Shown piece after piece: positions 19,170 to 28,252 of a stretch of 61,384 nucleotides of DNA. Position numbers and translations under genes: made by a program. Below the pieces are notes generated by a model. It did no database searches. It had not been told where the DNA came from and saw only the letters and a program-made list of their open reading frames with translations. Source of the stretch: a virus (Duplodnaviria > Caudoviricetes); the IMG/VR virus record IMGVR_UViG_3300037961_004286, positions 1-61,384 of that record. The stretch is one strand, 5' to 3'. Position 1 is the first letter of the stretch. Each line of letters starts with the position of its first letter.

Positions 19170-19259
19170 GCAAAACGCAAGTCTACTTTTGCTTCAATCC
19201 TTAGCACGAAGAGAGAAGTTACTTCCTCAAGTGCTCAGGCTCTTGCAGCGATTGCCTAA
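19170..19259 (+). other. tmRNA tag reading frame (A)AKRKSTFASILSTKREVTSSSAQALAAIA*
   Basis: Resume context aagtaact-GCA; Ala-rich hydrophobic end. Confidence 0.75.
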
Positions 19260-19388
19260 TCGAGTTAAGTACGATTAGCGGGGTTTTGGAGGTTTTTCCT
19301 GGCAACAGAAAAAACCTTCTTTTTTTGTTATAAATATATTGACGCCGATAATCGGGTCACTTTAAACTGTCCAATAATGGAGGTATTA

Positions 19389-19856
19389 ATGACAGGAACA
19401 TTTGCATTTCCTAGGAACGTTTTCCTAGGTTTCGATCACATCTTTAACGAACTAGACCATATTACTAAACATGCTCAGGATACTTATCCTCCGCATAATG
19501 TTGTAAAGGAAGATGATCTTCATTACATCTTAGAAATGGCTGTTGCTGGTTTCAAAGAAGATGATATTACTATTGAACTGAAAGACCACATTCTTACTGT
19601 AGAAGGTTCTCGAGATAAACGCAGAGAGCAAGAAAAGTATATTCATAAAGGTATTTCAGCTCGCAAGTTCAAAAAGTCATATAGACTGTCCGAATATACG
19701 GAAGTAGTCGGAGCTAAACTAGAGGATGGAATTCTTGCTATTGGTTTAGAAGTAGTCCTTCCCGAAGAGAAGCGTCCCCAATTGATCAAAATTAACGCTG
19801 ATACAAAGGGGATTAAAAATGACAGCACTAGCACTAAGAGGTTATTCACTTCTTAA
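19389..19856 (+). CDS. hsp20: Small heat shock protein Hsp20 (IbpA-like)
   Basis: LGFD, YPPHNVV, MAVAGF, YIHKGISARKF, PEEKRP; GGAGG RBS. Confidence 0.93.
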   Translation: MTGTFAFPRNVFLGFDHIFNELDHITKHAQDTYPPHNVVKEDDLHYILEMAVAGFKEDDITIELKDHILTVEGSRDKRREQEKYIHKGISARKFKKSYRLSEYTEVVGAKLEDGILAIGLEVVLPEEKRPQLIKINADTKGIKNDSTSTKRLFTS

Positions 19857-20055
19857 ATCAGGATTCATTGCAACACTGTTTGCATGGATGACCGGTCACC
19901 TTTCTGCATTAGGTAGAGCTATTCAAGTTTCAAAGCAAATTGAAGCTAATCAAAAAATAGCTCATCTAATGAGACACGAGTACCCAAACGAAAATTATGC
20001 TGGTATTCTAGCAATTCTAAATGAAAAAACTTTGAAGGAGTATTACAAAAAATGA
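19819..20055 (+). CDS. Hypothetical protein
   Basis: GGGGA RBS; in hsp20 operon. Confidence 0.65.
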   Translation: MTALALRGYSLLKSGFIATLFAWMTGHLSALGRAIQVSKQIEANQKIAHLMRHEYPNENYAGILAILNEKTLKEYYKK

Positions 20056-20198
20056 TTAGTTTATTCAAGAAGATTTTCGCAATGGAAACTCCTACTTCAG
20101 ATAAAACTCCTCTGAAGTATAGAGAATATCAATATACTCTTGCAGAACTAGAGCGTAGACTCAATGCAGAAGTACAAGGATATGGGACTAGATACTAA
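20052..20198 (+). CDS. 48-aa hypothetical protein (not in ORF track)
   Basis: GGAG RBS, overlapping start; LAELERR motif. Confidence 0.55.
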   Translation: MISLFKKIFAMETPTSDKTPLKYREYQYTLAELERRLNAEVQGYGTRY

Positions 20199-20303
20199 TG
20201 AATCCAAGAACTATCTTAATCATTAGTAGATATCTTAAAAAGGTACAAAGTTAATGTGGCCATATACTAAAGAAGAAAATGACTCATTAAGTTAAAATAA
20301 ATA

Positions 20304-20334
20304 TAAGGAGTGGGTAACTGCTCCTTATTTTTTT
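20304..20334 (+). terminator. Rho-independent terminator
   Basis: taaggagt...gctcctta stem and T-run. Confidence 0.75.
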
Positions 20335-20344
20335 AGGAGGATTT

Positions 20345-20512
20345 ATGTACGGAGAACCTAGGACTTGTAAAAAATGTGGTCATAGATGTCACTGCTATCA
20401 ACCAGATTGTGATGAATGTATAAACGATGTATGTGTAAACTGTGAGTGTGACAAAATAGAAATAAAAGAAATAGTAGATATACCTCAATCGTTTTATAGA
20501 AACCCGGGTTAA
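20345..20512 (+). CDS. 55-aa Cys-rich, metallothionein-like protein (not in ORF track)
   Basis: AGGAGG RBS; 9 Cys and 2 His within residues 8-35. Confidence 0.65.
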   Translation: MYGEPRTCKKCGHRCHCYQPDCDECINDVCVNCECDKIEIKEIVDIPQSFYRNPG

Positions 20513-20588
20513 CAACATATTAAAGTTTAATGAATTTTTTAAAATACTATTTAAATACTCTATAACAATTACATTACAGGAGTAAGTA

Positions 20589-21059
20589 ATGACTGATAAG
20601 TTATGGAAAAAGGTTAGTAAAATGGATTTAGGAAACCCTATAATCACCGCTCTAGTTGGGTTGGTGATTTTTTATATTGGACTAAAAACGTTTTCTGGAG
20701 GCATGAAGTCGATGGGAAATATGGATCATTTGTCTTGGTTTACAGGTAACATTTTTTATATGTTTATCGGTGGCATTGTTATGACTTTGTTATGGCAATC
20801 TTCTTCATTATCTACAACAGCTATTATTGCTTTAGTAGCTTCAGGAGCTATTCCATTACCTGCTGCTATAGCTTGTGTATTAGGAGCTAATATAGGTACC
20901 ACAGGTACTATTTGGTTAGCTGGTTTACTAGTGTCAGATGGAATGCCAAAAGGTGATACTTTACGAATAGCATTGGCTCATACAGGAGTAAATTTAGCCA
21001 TGGCTGCTACATTACTACCTTTTGTAAGTCATATAGCTAAGTTTTTGCAAAAATTCTAG
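20589..21059 (+). CDS. Na+/phosphate cotransporter family protein (single repeat)
   Basis: TLLWQSSSLSTT and LGANIGTT signatures. Confidence 0.85.
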   Translation: MTDKLWKKVSKMDLGNPIITALVGLVIFYIGLKTFSGGMKSMGNMDHLSWFTGNIFYMFIGGIVMTLLWQSSSLSTTAIIALVASGAIPLPAAIACVLGANIGTTGTIWLAGLLVSDGMPKGDTLRIALAHTGVNLAMAATLLPFVSHIAKFLQKF

Positions 21060-21091
21060 TTTATCTCCTATAATTATATAGGAGGTGTGAT

Positions 21092-21277
21092 ATGGCTCAT
21101 CAAGCAGAAAATATAGAAACTCGCGGGCATCATTTAGTTGGTGTCCGCTGGCCTGTTACAGGCTCTAGAGGTGATCAGTATTATGTAGAGATGACTGATT
21201 GGGGCTTTGAATGCAATTGCATTGCTTATCGTAAGTGCAAGCATATCAAAGAAGTAGAAAAAAAGTTCGAAGAATAA
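21092..21277 (+). CDS. SWIM zinc-finger small protein
   Basis: GSRGDQYYV...CNC...CKH. Confidence 0.7.
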   Translation: MAHQAENIETRGHHLVGVRWPVTGSRGDQYYVEMTDWGFECNCIAYRKCKHIKEVEKKFEE

Positions 21278-21324
21278 ATATAATATCAGGTAGCGCCTGT
21301 AAAGTAAAACAGCTAGGAGAAAAT

Positions 21325-22407
21325 ATGTCTGACTTACTAAGTAGGTTGAAGAAAGCTTCAACCGTTAAACAATCTGAGGTTTTATCTAAATCTCAACTAT
21401 TCAATAAAAAAGATATGTGTCCAACTGACGTTCCTATTTTGAACGTTGCGTTGTCAGGTTCTGTAGACGGAGGTTTGACACCAGGTCTTACTGTCATTGC
21501 AGGTCCTTCTAAACACTTTAAGTCTAACTTAGCTCTGCTTATGGCAGGTGCTTATCTAAAGAAATACAGTGATGCTGTATGTCTTTTATATGATACTGAG
21601 TTTGGTATTACTCCTGAGTATCTTAAATCTATGAATGTAGATCCTGAAAGAGTTTTGCATACTCCTGTTGAGCATGTAGAGCAACTTAAGTTTGATATTA
21701 CTCGTCAGTTAGAAAGTATTGAACGAGGTGATAAAGTAGTTATTGTTGTTGACTCAGTAGGTAACTTAGCATCTAAGAAAGAACTTGAAGATGCTCTTAA
21801 TGAAAAGTCTGTAGCTGATATGTCTAGAGCTAAAGCTCTCAAGTCTCTATTCCGTATCTGTACTCCTTATCTTACTACAAGAGATATACCTATGTTAGTT
21901 ATCAACCATACTTATCAAGAGATAGGTTTATTTCCTAAAGAAATAATGTCTGGAGGTACTGGTATTTACTATTCAGCTAATCAGATCTTCTTTATGGGAC
22001 GACAGCAAGAAAAAGATGGTAAAGATGTAGCAGGTTATAACTTTATGATTGGTGTAGATAAGTCTAGATTCGTTAGAGAAAAAACTAGACTGCCTTTGTC
22101 TATCTCTTGGGAAGGAGGTATCAATAAATGGTCAGGTTTACTAGATGTTGGTACTGAGATTGGTTGGATTCGTAAACCTGCTAACGGCTGGTTTGAAGGA
22201 GTAAATGCTAATACTGGAGAAGTCATTACAGATAAAAAGCGTCGTAAAGATACTGATACTGCTGAGTTTTGGCTTCCTATTTTTAAAGCAGGTTTTGCTG
22301 ATGCTATCAAGAAAAGATTCTCTATTAGTGAAGTAAGAGCTGTTGTAGATGAAGAAGAGGGCGATGTATATGCAGAAGATATTGAGGATGAAGTACATGA
22401 AGCCTAA
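21325..22407 (+). CDS. uvsX: RecA-like recombinase UvsX
   Basis: AGPSKHFKS, YDTEFG, DSVGNLASKKE, DMSRAK, INHTY; AGGAG RBS before 21325. Confidence 0.95.
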   Translation: MSDLLSRLKKASTVKQSEVLSKSQLFNKKDMCPTDVPILNVALSGSVDGGLTPGLTVIAGPSKHFKSNLALLMAGAYLKKYSDAVCLLYDTEFGITPEYLKSMNVDPERVLHTPVEHVEQLKFDITRQLESIERGDKVVIVVDSVGNLASKKELEDALNEKSVADMSRAKALKSLFRICTPYLTTRDIPMLVINHTYQEIGLFPKEIMSGGTGIYYSANQIFFMGRQQEKDGKDVAGYNFMIGVDKSRFVREKTRLPLSISWEGGINKWSGLLDVGTEIGWIRKPANGWFEGVNANTGEVITDKKRRKDTDTAEFWLPIFKAGFADAIKKRFSISEVRAVVDEEEGDVYAEDIEDEVHEA

Positions 22408-22633
22408 TCCTAAAAACTTTGAAGCCTTTATTGATCCAGAAGGTGGTGAATGGATTAAGATAAAAACTGGTAAGTATAAAGATACTATATGGCGGCCAGC
22501 AGAGATGCAGATGGATGGAGAAGACAAAATTACTTTTCAAGCAGAGTTTCTTACTCCTCCACCAGAAGATGGAGTAATGTTTGAAAAAGTAGCAGTACAG
22601 ATGATATCAGATATTATGAAAGATATGACATGA
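22397..22633 (+). CDS. Hypothetical protein (position of T4 gp40)
   Basis: Follows uvsX; IKIKTGKYKD resembles gp40-like proteins. Confidence 0.5.
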   Translation: MKPNPKNFEAFIDPEGGEWIKIKTGKYKDTIWRPAEMQMDGEDKITFQAEFLTPPPEDGVMFEKVAVQMISDIMKDMT

Positions 22634-23325
22634 AGACAGCAGTAGTAATTCCAGCAAGACTTGAATCAACAAGATTTCCAGAAAAAATGTTAGCTAAGGT
22701 TACAAAAGAACATAACCTTATTCAAAGAGTACATCATTGGTGTTGTTGTTTTCATGATAAAGAAGATGTCTATGTAGCAACAGATAGTAAACGTATAGCT
22801 GCGTTATTTCCTAATCAAGCTATAATGACAAGCGAAGACTGTGTAAACGGTACAGCTAGAGTAGCTGAAGCAGCTAAGCAGTTAGACTATGATAACTTTA
22901 TTAACGTGCAAGGAGATATGATAGATGTACCGGTTGTGTTTGATATGCTTATTGGTAGACTGCTAAACTATGATGTAGCTACTGTTTATACTCATTTTAC
23001 TGACGAAAAAGATTTTAGATATGATAAACATAGACAAGACCCTAACTTTGTTAAAGTAGCTCATAATCTTATGACTGCACAGTGGTTTGGTAGAGGTATG
23101 GTTGGTTATGGTGATTGGCATTTAGGTATATATGCATATAAAAAATCTGCTTTAATGGCTTATAATCATCTTACTGTATATGAGCCTGAAATGGTAGAGT
23201 CATTAGAGCAGCTTAGATGGTTACAAAATGGTTATCAAATAGGTGTAGTGCATACTAGTGATGCAACAGCAGAGATTAATACTAAAGAGGATTTACAACG
23301 TTGGCAGTCGACTCACCAGAACTAA
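22630..23325 (+). CDS. kdsB: CMP-Kdo synthetase-like cytidylyltransferase
   Basis: VIPARLESTRFPEKML, VATD, GTARV, NVQGD, HLGIYAY, ESLEQLRWL. Confidence 0.88.
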   Translation: MKTAVVIPARLESTRFPEKMLAKVTKEHNLIQRVHHWCCCFHDKEDVYVATDSKRIAALFPNQAIMTSEDCVNGTARVAEAAKQLDYDNFINVQGDMIDVPVVFDMLIGRLLNYDVATVYTHFTDEKDFRYDKHRQDPNFVKVAHNLMTAQWFGRGMVGYGDWHLGIYAYKKSALMAYNHLTVYEPEMVESLEQLRWLQNGYQIGVVHTSDATAEINTKEDLQRWQSTHQN

Positions 23326-24674
23326 GAAAGGGTATTCTATATAACTTACTTAAAAGTGATGAGTTCTGTCAGAAAGTTTTACCTTTCTTATCTAAAGAGT
23401 ACTTTACAGAAAAGTATGAGAGTATAATATTCGAAGAGATCTATAAGTATTACGGTAGTTACAATAATGCTCCTGACTCTGCTGCTATAAAGATTGAATT
23501 AGAAACTAGAAACGATCTAACTGAAGCTGTATATAACGAGTCTATGAAGCTTCTAGATCAAGATGTAGAACCTATTTCTAAAGTAGATTTTCTAGTTAAT
23601 AAAACTGAGCAATGGTGTCAAGAAAGAGCTATTGTTAATGCAGTATATAAAGCTGTAAATGTTATAGGAGGAGAAGATAAAAAGACTCCTATGTCAGCAT
23701 TACCTGAGATGTTAACGGAAGCTATATCTACTTCTTTTGATAAGTCTGTAGGTCATGATTATATAGACGAAGCAGATGATCGTTGGGAGTTCTATAATCG
23801 TAAAGAGCTTAAAATACCTTCTGGCTTAGAGCATTTAGACTATATTCTAAGAGGCGGTTTTCCTTCTAAGACTCTAGGTGTTATTATGGCAGGTACTGGT
23901 GTTGGTAAGTCTCTCTTTATGTGCGCTATGACTTCTAACTTAGTAGAATCTGGTCACAATGTTTTATACATTACTATGGAAATGGCTGAAGAAAAAATAG
24001 CTCAGCGTATTGACCAGAACTTGCTTAACTTAGCAGGAGAAGAACTAGAGACTATAGCTAAAGACTCTTTTCTAAAACGTTTTGATAATCTAAAGATGAA
24101 AACTAAAGGTCAGTTAGTAGTAAAAGAATATCCTACTAAGTCAGCTCATGCAGGTCATTTTAGAGCTTTACTAAAAGAGTTAAAGATGAAAAAAGACTTT
24201 ACTCCTGATTTAGTTTGTGTTGATTATCTTAATATTTGTGCTTCTATGAATACTGGTAAGAATGCTAGCTCGTATGAACAGATAAAGTCTACTGCAGAAG
24301 AGCTTAGAGCTCTTTCTATGGAGTTTGATGTGCCTGTATTGACTGCTACTCAGACTAATAGAACTGGTTATAGTGATGCTGATGTAGAGATAACTTCTGT
24401 ATCTGAGTCGTTTGGGCTTCCTATGACTGCTGATTATTTCTTTGCTATGACTACTAACGATAAGCTTAGAGATGAAGGTCTCATTAGGTTTACTCAGCTA
24501 AAGAATAGATATGGCGATCCTGCTGATAGACGTAACTGGTTACTAAATGTAGATTATGCTAAGATGAGAGTTATAGACTTACCTAATCAACCTGTAAGTA
24601 TAGAAGAGCAGAATAATGCAATGCAGAATCCTGTAACTGATACTAAACCTATAATGGATATAAATTGGGAATAG
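23301..24674 (+). CDS. 41: Replicative DNA helicase (gp41)
   Basis: AGTGVGKS, TMEMAEE, KEYPT, VDYLNI, TATQTNR, SESFGLP, QLKNRY. Confidence 0.96.
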   Translation: MAVDSPELRKGILYNLLKSDEFCQKVLPFLSKEYFTEKYESIIFEEIYKYYGSYNNAPDSAAIKIELETRNDLTEAVYNESMKLLDQDVEPISKVDFLVNKTEQWCQERAIVNAVYKAVNVIGGEDKKTPMSALPEMLTEAISTSFDKSVGHDYIDEADDRWEFYNRKELKIPSGLEHLDYILRGGFPSKTLGVIMAGTGVGKSLFMCAMTSNLVESGHNVLYITMEMAEEKIAQRIDQNLLNLAGEELETIAKDSFLKRFDNLKMKTKGQLVVKEYPTKSAHAGHFRALLKELKMKKDFTPDLVCVDYLNICASMNTGKNASSYEQIKSTAEELRALSMEFDVPVLTATQTNRTGYSDADVEITSVSESFGLPMTADYFFAMTTNDKLRDEGLIRFTQLKNRYGDPADRRNWLLNVDYAKMRVIDLPNQPVSIEEQNNAMQNPVTDTKPIMDINWE

Positions 24675-24685
24675 AAACAGAAGGA

Positions 24686-25288
24686 ATGCAACTTATAGAG
24701 TTCCAAAGAGAGTGGTTAGACTTAGCTTTGGATGAATTATGGGTATATAATAAACTTGAGATATCTACCCAGTTAGGTTATAACTGTGGACCTGTAGGAA
24801 TATCAGTTCCTCATTCAGGTTGGTATATTGTTAGACCACCTATAAACTTATTAGGTTTAGGATTAGGAGCTAAAAAAGTATGGATAGATAAAAGTACTGA
24901 TCACCTTACTGTAGGACACTTTTGGTGTGAGTGGTTTGAAGGAAAACATTATAGCGTAGATTATGAAAAAGGAGAATGGGTTAGAACAACAACTGGAGAT
25001 CAAGATAAAAATGATCTAACAAAATGGAGTAAATGGTATACTATAGACCACGTTATTCCTTTTCCTTCTATTATATCAAGCTTATACCATAAACCTAATA
25101 TAAACTGTGAATTTGTGGGAGAAAATTTAATTGAAGTTCATGTGAGAAATAATCCTGATTTCTCTTATAATAATAGTGTCTTTATACCCGTATGGGAAAG
25201 CGATACTATCGATCCTCCTGACGGTTATAGGTATGTAGAGACGCCAGATAAGAACGGTAGAATAGGAGCTTACGTTGATATTACTTGA
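24686..25288 (+). CDS. Conserved hypothetical protein (ATP-grasp-like)
   Basis: LGYNCGP, YIVRP..NL.G.G, FWCEWFEG, INCEF..NLIEVH.R. Confidence 0.6.
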   Translation: MQLIEFQREWLDLALDELWVYNKLEISTQLGYNCGPVGISVPHSGWYIVRPPINLLGLGLGAKKVWIDKSTDHLTVGHFWCEWFEGKHYSVDYEKGEWVRTTTGDQDKNDLTKWSKWYTIDHVIPFPSIISSLYHKPNINCEFVGENLIEVHVRNNPDFSYNNSVFIPVWESDTIDPPDGYRYVETPDKNGRIGAYVDIT

Positions 25289-26123
25289 TTATTCATCTAT
25301 TGCGATGTCGTCTATTATGGTTAGAGTCGATGACTTTCAAGAACAACCTGAATTAGTTCGTCATCAAATATTTAATATTATTCGTCAGTATAACGAACGA
25401 TTTCGTAGCGACTTTGGTGAGATGGTTATAGCTATGGATCATACTAACGTATGGCGTAAGAAGTCATTTCCTTTCTATAAAGCTAATCGTAAGAAGCAAC
25501 GCAAAGAATCTAAGCATGATTGGACTGCTATCTTTACTATGATGAATGACGTACGAGAAGAAGTAGAAGAGTATTCTCCTTATCGTTGTGTTCGTATAGA
25601 AGGCTGCGAAGCTGACGATGTTATTGCTACTATCATAGAAGCTAAGAACGACCCTAGTCCAACTGTTATTGTATCTCCAGACAAGGACTTTGTGCAGCTT
25701 CAGAAATATCCTAACGTTAAGCAGTTCTCTAATATTCAGAAGAAATGGATAGAACCTGACATAGATCCTATTACTGACTTAGAAATCAAGGTTCTTAAGG
25801 GAGATATGGGTGATGGTATACCTAATGTAATGTCTGAAGACGATGTACTTATAGAAGAAGGTGCTCGTCAAACACCGTTACGAAAAGCTAAGATGGATAT
25901 GCTTATGCAAGATCCAGAAGCTCTAGGTACTTCTATTGCTCGTCGTATTATTCGTAATAGAGATATGATAGATCTTAGTAGATGCCCTGACTATCTCAAA
26001 GAAGAAATATTAGAAGCTTTCAGTAAACCTGCTAGAGGTAGTGTAAATAGGTTAATGACTCTGTTTACTAAGAATCAAATGAAACTTCTACTAGAATCTT
26101 TACAGGATTTTGAAATAAGATAA
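25275..26123 (+). CDS. rnh: RNase H / 5'-3' exonuclease (T4 rnh)
   Basis: WRK..FPFYKANR, EADDVI, SPDKDF.QL, GDMGDGIPN. Confidence 0.93.
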   Translation: MILLDYSSIAMSSIMVRVDDFQEQPELVRHQIFNIIRQYNERFRSDFGEMVIAMDHTNVWRKKSFPFYKANRKKQRKESKHDWTAIFTMMNDVREEVEEYSPYRCVRIEGCEADDVIATIIEAKNDPSPTVIVSPDKDFVQLQKYPNVKQFSNIQKKWIEPDIDPITDLEIKVLKGDMGDGIPNVMSEDDVLIEEGARQTPLRKAKMDMLMQDPEALGTSIARRIIRNRDMIDLSRCPDYLKEEILEAFSKPARGSVNRLMTLFTKNQMKLLLESLQDFEIR

Positions 26124-26165
26124 ATACCTTGGATCCAAAATACTAATTAAGAAGGAGACTCCAAA

Positions 26166-26522
26166 ATGGTATATATCAAACCGTCTATCGATGACAGTGA
26201 TATCAACGCTGTATACAGAGATGGTCAACGAAAGCAAACTGCTATTAGTGGTACTCATTATCCTTCAGCATCTGCTGTAATGACAGAAGCTGGTTATGGA
26301 GTAAGATATAGAGTAGTCGGTGATTCAGATGGTGCTGACAATGCTAAATTCGATGTAGAAATTCTAGATGCATATCCAGCTAGAAAGCTATTGTCAATCG
26401 GTGACCCAGATGATACATTAGGTGGTGGTGCAATAGATTCTGAACATGGAATTCAATATGATTCCGATACTGAATCTCTTACAGCTACGACAAACGAGTA
26501 CACTCGATTTAGTCTTACCTAA
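26166..26522 (+). CDS. Late protein rich in D-S-D/E motifs, probable virion protein
   Basis: ATAAATA near 26120; AAGGAG RBS; 4 DS(D/E) in 118 aa. Confidence 0.6.
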   Translation: MVYIKPSIDDSDINAVYRDGQRKQTAISGTHYPSASAVMTEAGYGVRYRVVGDSDGADNAKFDVEILDAYPARKLLSIGDPDDTLGGGAIDSEHGIQYDSDTESLTATTNEYTRFSLT

Positions 26523-26524
26523 TT

Positions 26525-27178
26525 ATGTCTAAAGCAGTTTTTACATTTGGTAGGATGAACCCCCCTACTATAGGACATGAAAAACTGGTTAATAAAGTGA
26601 GAGCGGTCGCTAGAGCTCATAGAGGTGACCCTCTCATTTACTTATCTCATACACATAAACTTCCTAAAGACCCTTTAGAATATAGCTATAAATCTAAAAT
26701 AGCCAAAAAAGCTTTCGGTAATATAGTTAAAATTACTAGAGCTAATACTATAATAAAGGTGCTTCAAGAACTAGAAAAAAAGTATAAAGAAGTTGTTTTA
26801 GTTGTGGGTTCAGATAGAGTAACTGATATGAGAGAATTAATAACCGCATATAACGGCAAAGATTATACTTTTGATACAATTAAGGTTGTATCAGCTGGTG
26901 AGCGTGACCTTGATGCTGTTGACGAAAAAGAGACTGACAAGAAAAAAGTTAGAACAGTTTCAGGAATGTCAGCTTCAGCGATGAGAGCTCTAGCAGCAGC
27001 AGAGCAATTAGATGATTATACTGAAGGAGGTTCAAAGTATATAGGTTTTAGATCTGGACTTCCTAAAATGCTGCAAAGAGATGCAGAAAATATTATGAAA
27101 CAAGTAAGAAAAGGATTAAATTATGAACAATATCAAGCCCAGGGACATGCAAGTCTTCGAGATTCTATCGGAGATTAG
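26525..27178 (+). CDS. Cytidylyltransferase-like (HIGH) nucleotidyltransferase
   Basis: FTFGRMNPPTIGH, VVGSDR, SAGER, GMSAS.MR. Confidence 0.85.
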   Translation: MSKAVFTFGRMNPPTIGHEKLVNKVRAVARAHRGDPLIYLSHTHKLPKDPLEYSYKSKIAKKAFGNIVKITRANTIIKVLQELEKKYKEVVLVVGSDRVTDMRELITAYNGKDYTFDTIKVVSAGERDLDAVDEKETDKKKVRTVSGMSASAMRALAAAEQLDDYTEGGSKYIGFRSGLPKMLQRDAENIMKQVRKGLNYEQYQAQGHASLRDSIGD

Positions 27179-27731
27179 TAAGCTAAAAAGCGACGAATTA
27201 AAAGTCAAAACTTTCAAAGAAAAATATTATGACCATACTCCTCTTCATAGAATTTTGAAGATGAATTATTGTGATACTATTATTCCTATGCTTCCAGAAG
27301 GAACTCCTCCATTTAATAGAAATGATCAATCAGATGGTCCTAATCATGCTTCTTTATGGGAGTATATTCGTATTTTTCCGGTTATTGTAAGATCAGCTCA
27401 ATCTGTTAAAATGCGTCCTCTACAAATTGAGAGATCATTTATTGAAATGTTAGAAGCAGTTGATCCTAAGGAAGCAGAAGTCATTTGTTTAGCAAAAGAT
27501 AAAGCTATTGAATCTGAATATAGGATAAACTTAGATATTGTTAAGTCAGCTTTTCCGGTTCTTAACATCGAAAATAATTCAAAAGAATCTGTTGTAGAAA
27601 AAACTAAAGAAGAACAAGCAGCAGAATATATTGAATTAGCTAAGCTTAGAAAAGCAGAAGCTAAAAAATTATACGATGAAGCAAAAGAACTTATTTCAGC
27701 AGCGGAAGAACTGACAAATGAAAATGCTTGA
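27123..27731 (+). CDS. Conserved T4-like hypothetical protein
   Basis: LPEGTPPF, E..FIEMLE.V.PKEAE. Confidence 0.7.
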   Translation: MNNIKPRDMQVFEILSEISKLKSDELKVKTFKEKYYDHTPLHRILKMNYCDTIIPMLPEGTPPFNRNDQSDGPNHASLWEYIRIFPVIVRSAQSVKMRPLQIERSFIEMLEAVDPKEAEVICLAKDKAIESEYRINLDIVKSAFPVLNIENNSKESVVEKTKEEQAAEYIELAKLRKAEAKKLYDEAKELISAAEELTNENA

Positions 27732-28245
27732 ACAAACTAAATTTACTTATGATATTTCAAAGTTAAAACCTGTTATTCACGAGCAAGCCTTTGATCTACA
27801 TTTTAATGGGATCTATAAAAAACATATTGAAAACTATAATAGAGGAGTAGGTGATTTCGCGTTTGATAAAGCTGGTGCTTATCTTCATAAATTATATTTT
27901 GATAACATAAGAGATTATAGAATTAATAATGATCCTTCTGGTAAAGCATTGCAGGTTATGGAATTAAGATATGGTTCTTATGATAGATTTTTAAATACTC
28001 TTATTGATAAGTCTAAGTCTATACAAGGTAATGGCTGGGTGTTTATGAATACAAGTGGTTATATAAATTTAATTCCTAATAATAGAATAGTTGATAATAT
28101 AGCATTAATTATTGATTGCTGGGAACATGCTTATATGTTTAATTTTGGAAATGATATTGAAAACTATATTAACCGTACTCTATCAATAGTTAACTGGGAT
28201 GAAGTTAGTAGACGTATAGAGTTTGGAAACAAAGCTAAGATATAA
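27718..28245 (+). CDS. sod: Fe/Mn superoxide dismutase (short)
   Basis: Candidate ligands in DLH, LHKLYF and DCWEHAY; QGNGW. Confidence 0.8.
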   Translation: MKMLEQTKFTYDISKLKPVIHEQAFDLHFNGIYKKHIENYNRGVGDFAFDKAGAYLHKLYFDNIRDYRINNDPSGKALQVMELRYGSYDRFLNTLIDKSKSIQGNGWVFMNTSGYINLIPNNRIVDNIALIIDCWEHAYMFNFGNDIENYINRTLSIVNWDEVSRRIEFGNKAKI

Positions 28246-28252
28246 ATATAGT

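Larger units (their letters stand above)
18831..19320 (+). ncRNA. ssrA: Permuted two-piece tmRNA (alphaproteobacterial type): acceptor piece ends CCA at 18902; coding piece starts 19105
   Basis: T-arm GCGGGGGCAGTACCCGC + CGCTTCC-A-CCA; 5' GGGAGCGAACTAGGATCGAC pairs giving G3.U70; taact-GCA resume site at 19170; 3' cggggtt...cctggcaacagaa motif then T-run. Confidence 0.92.
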
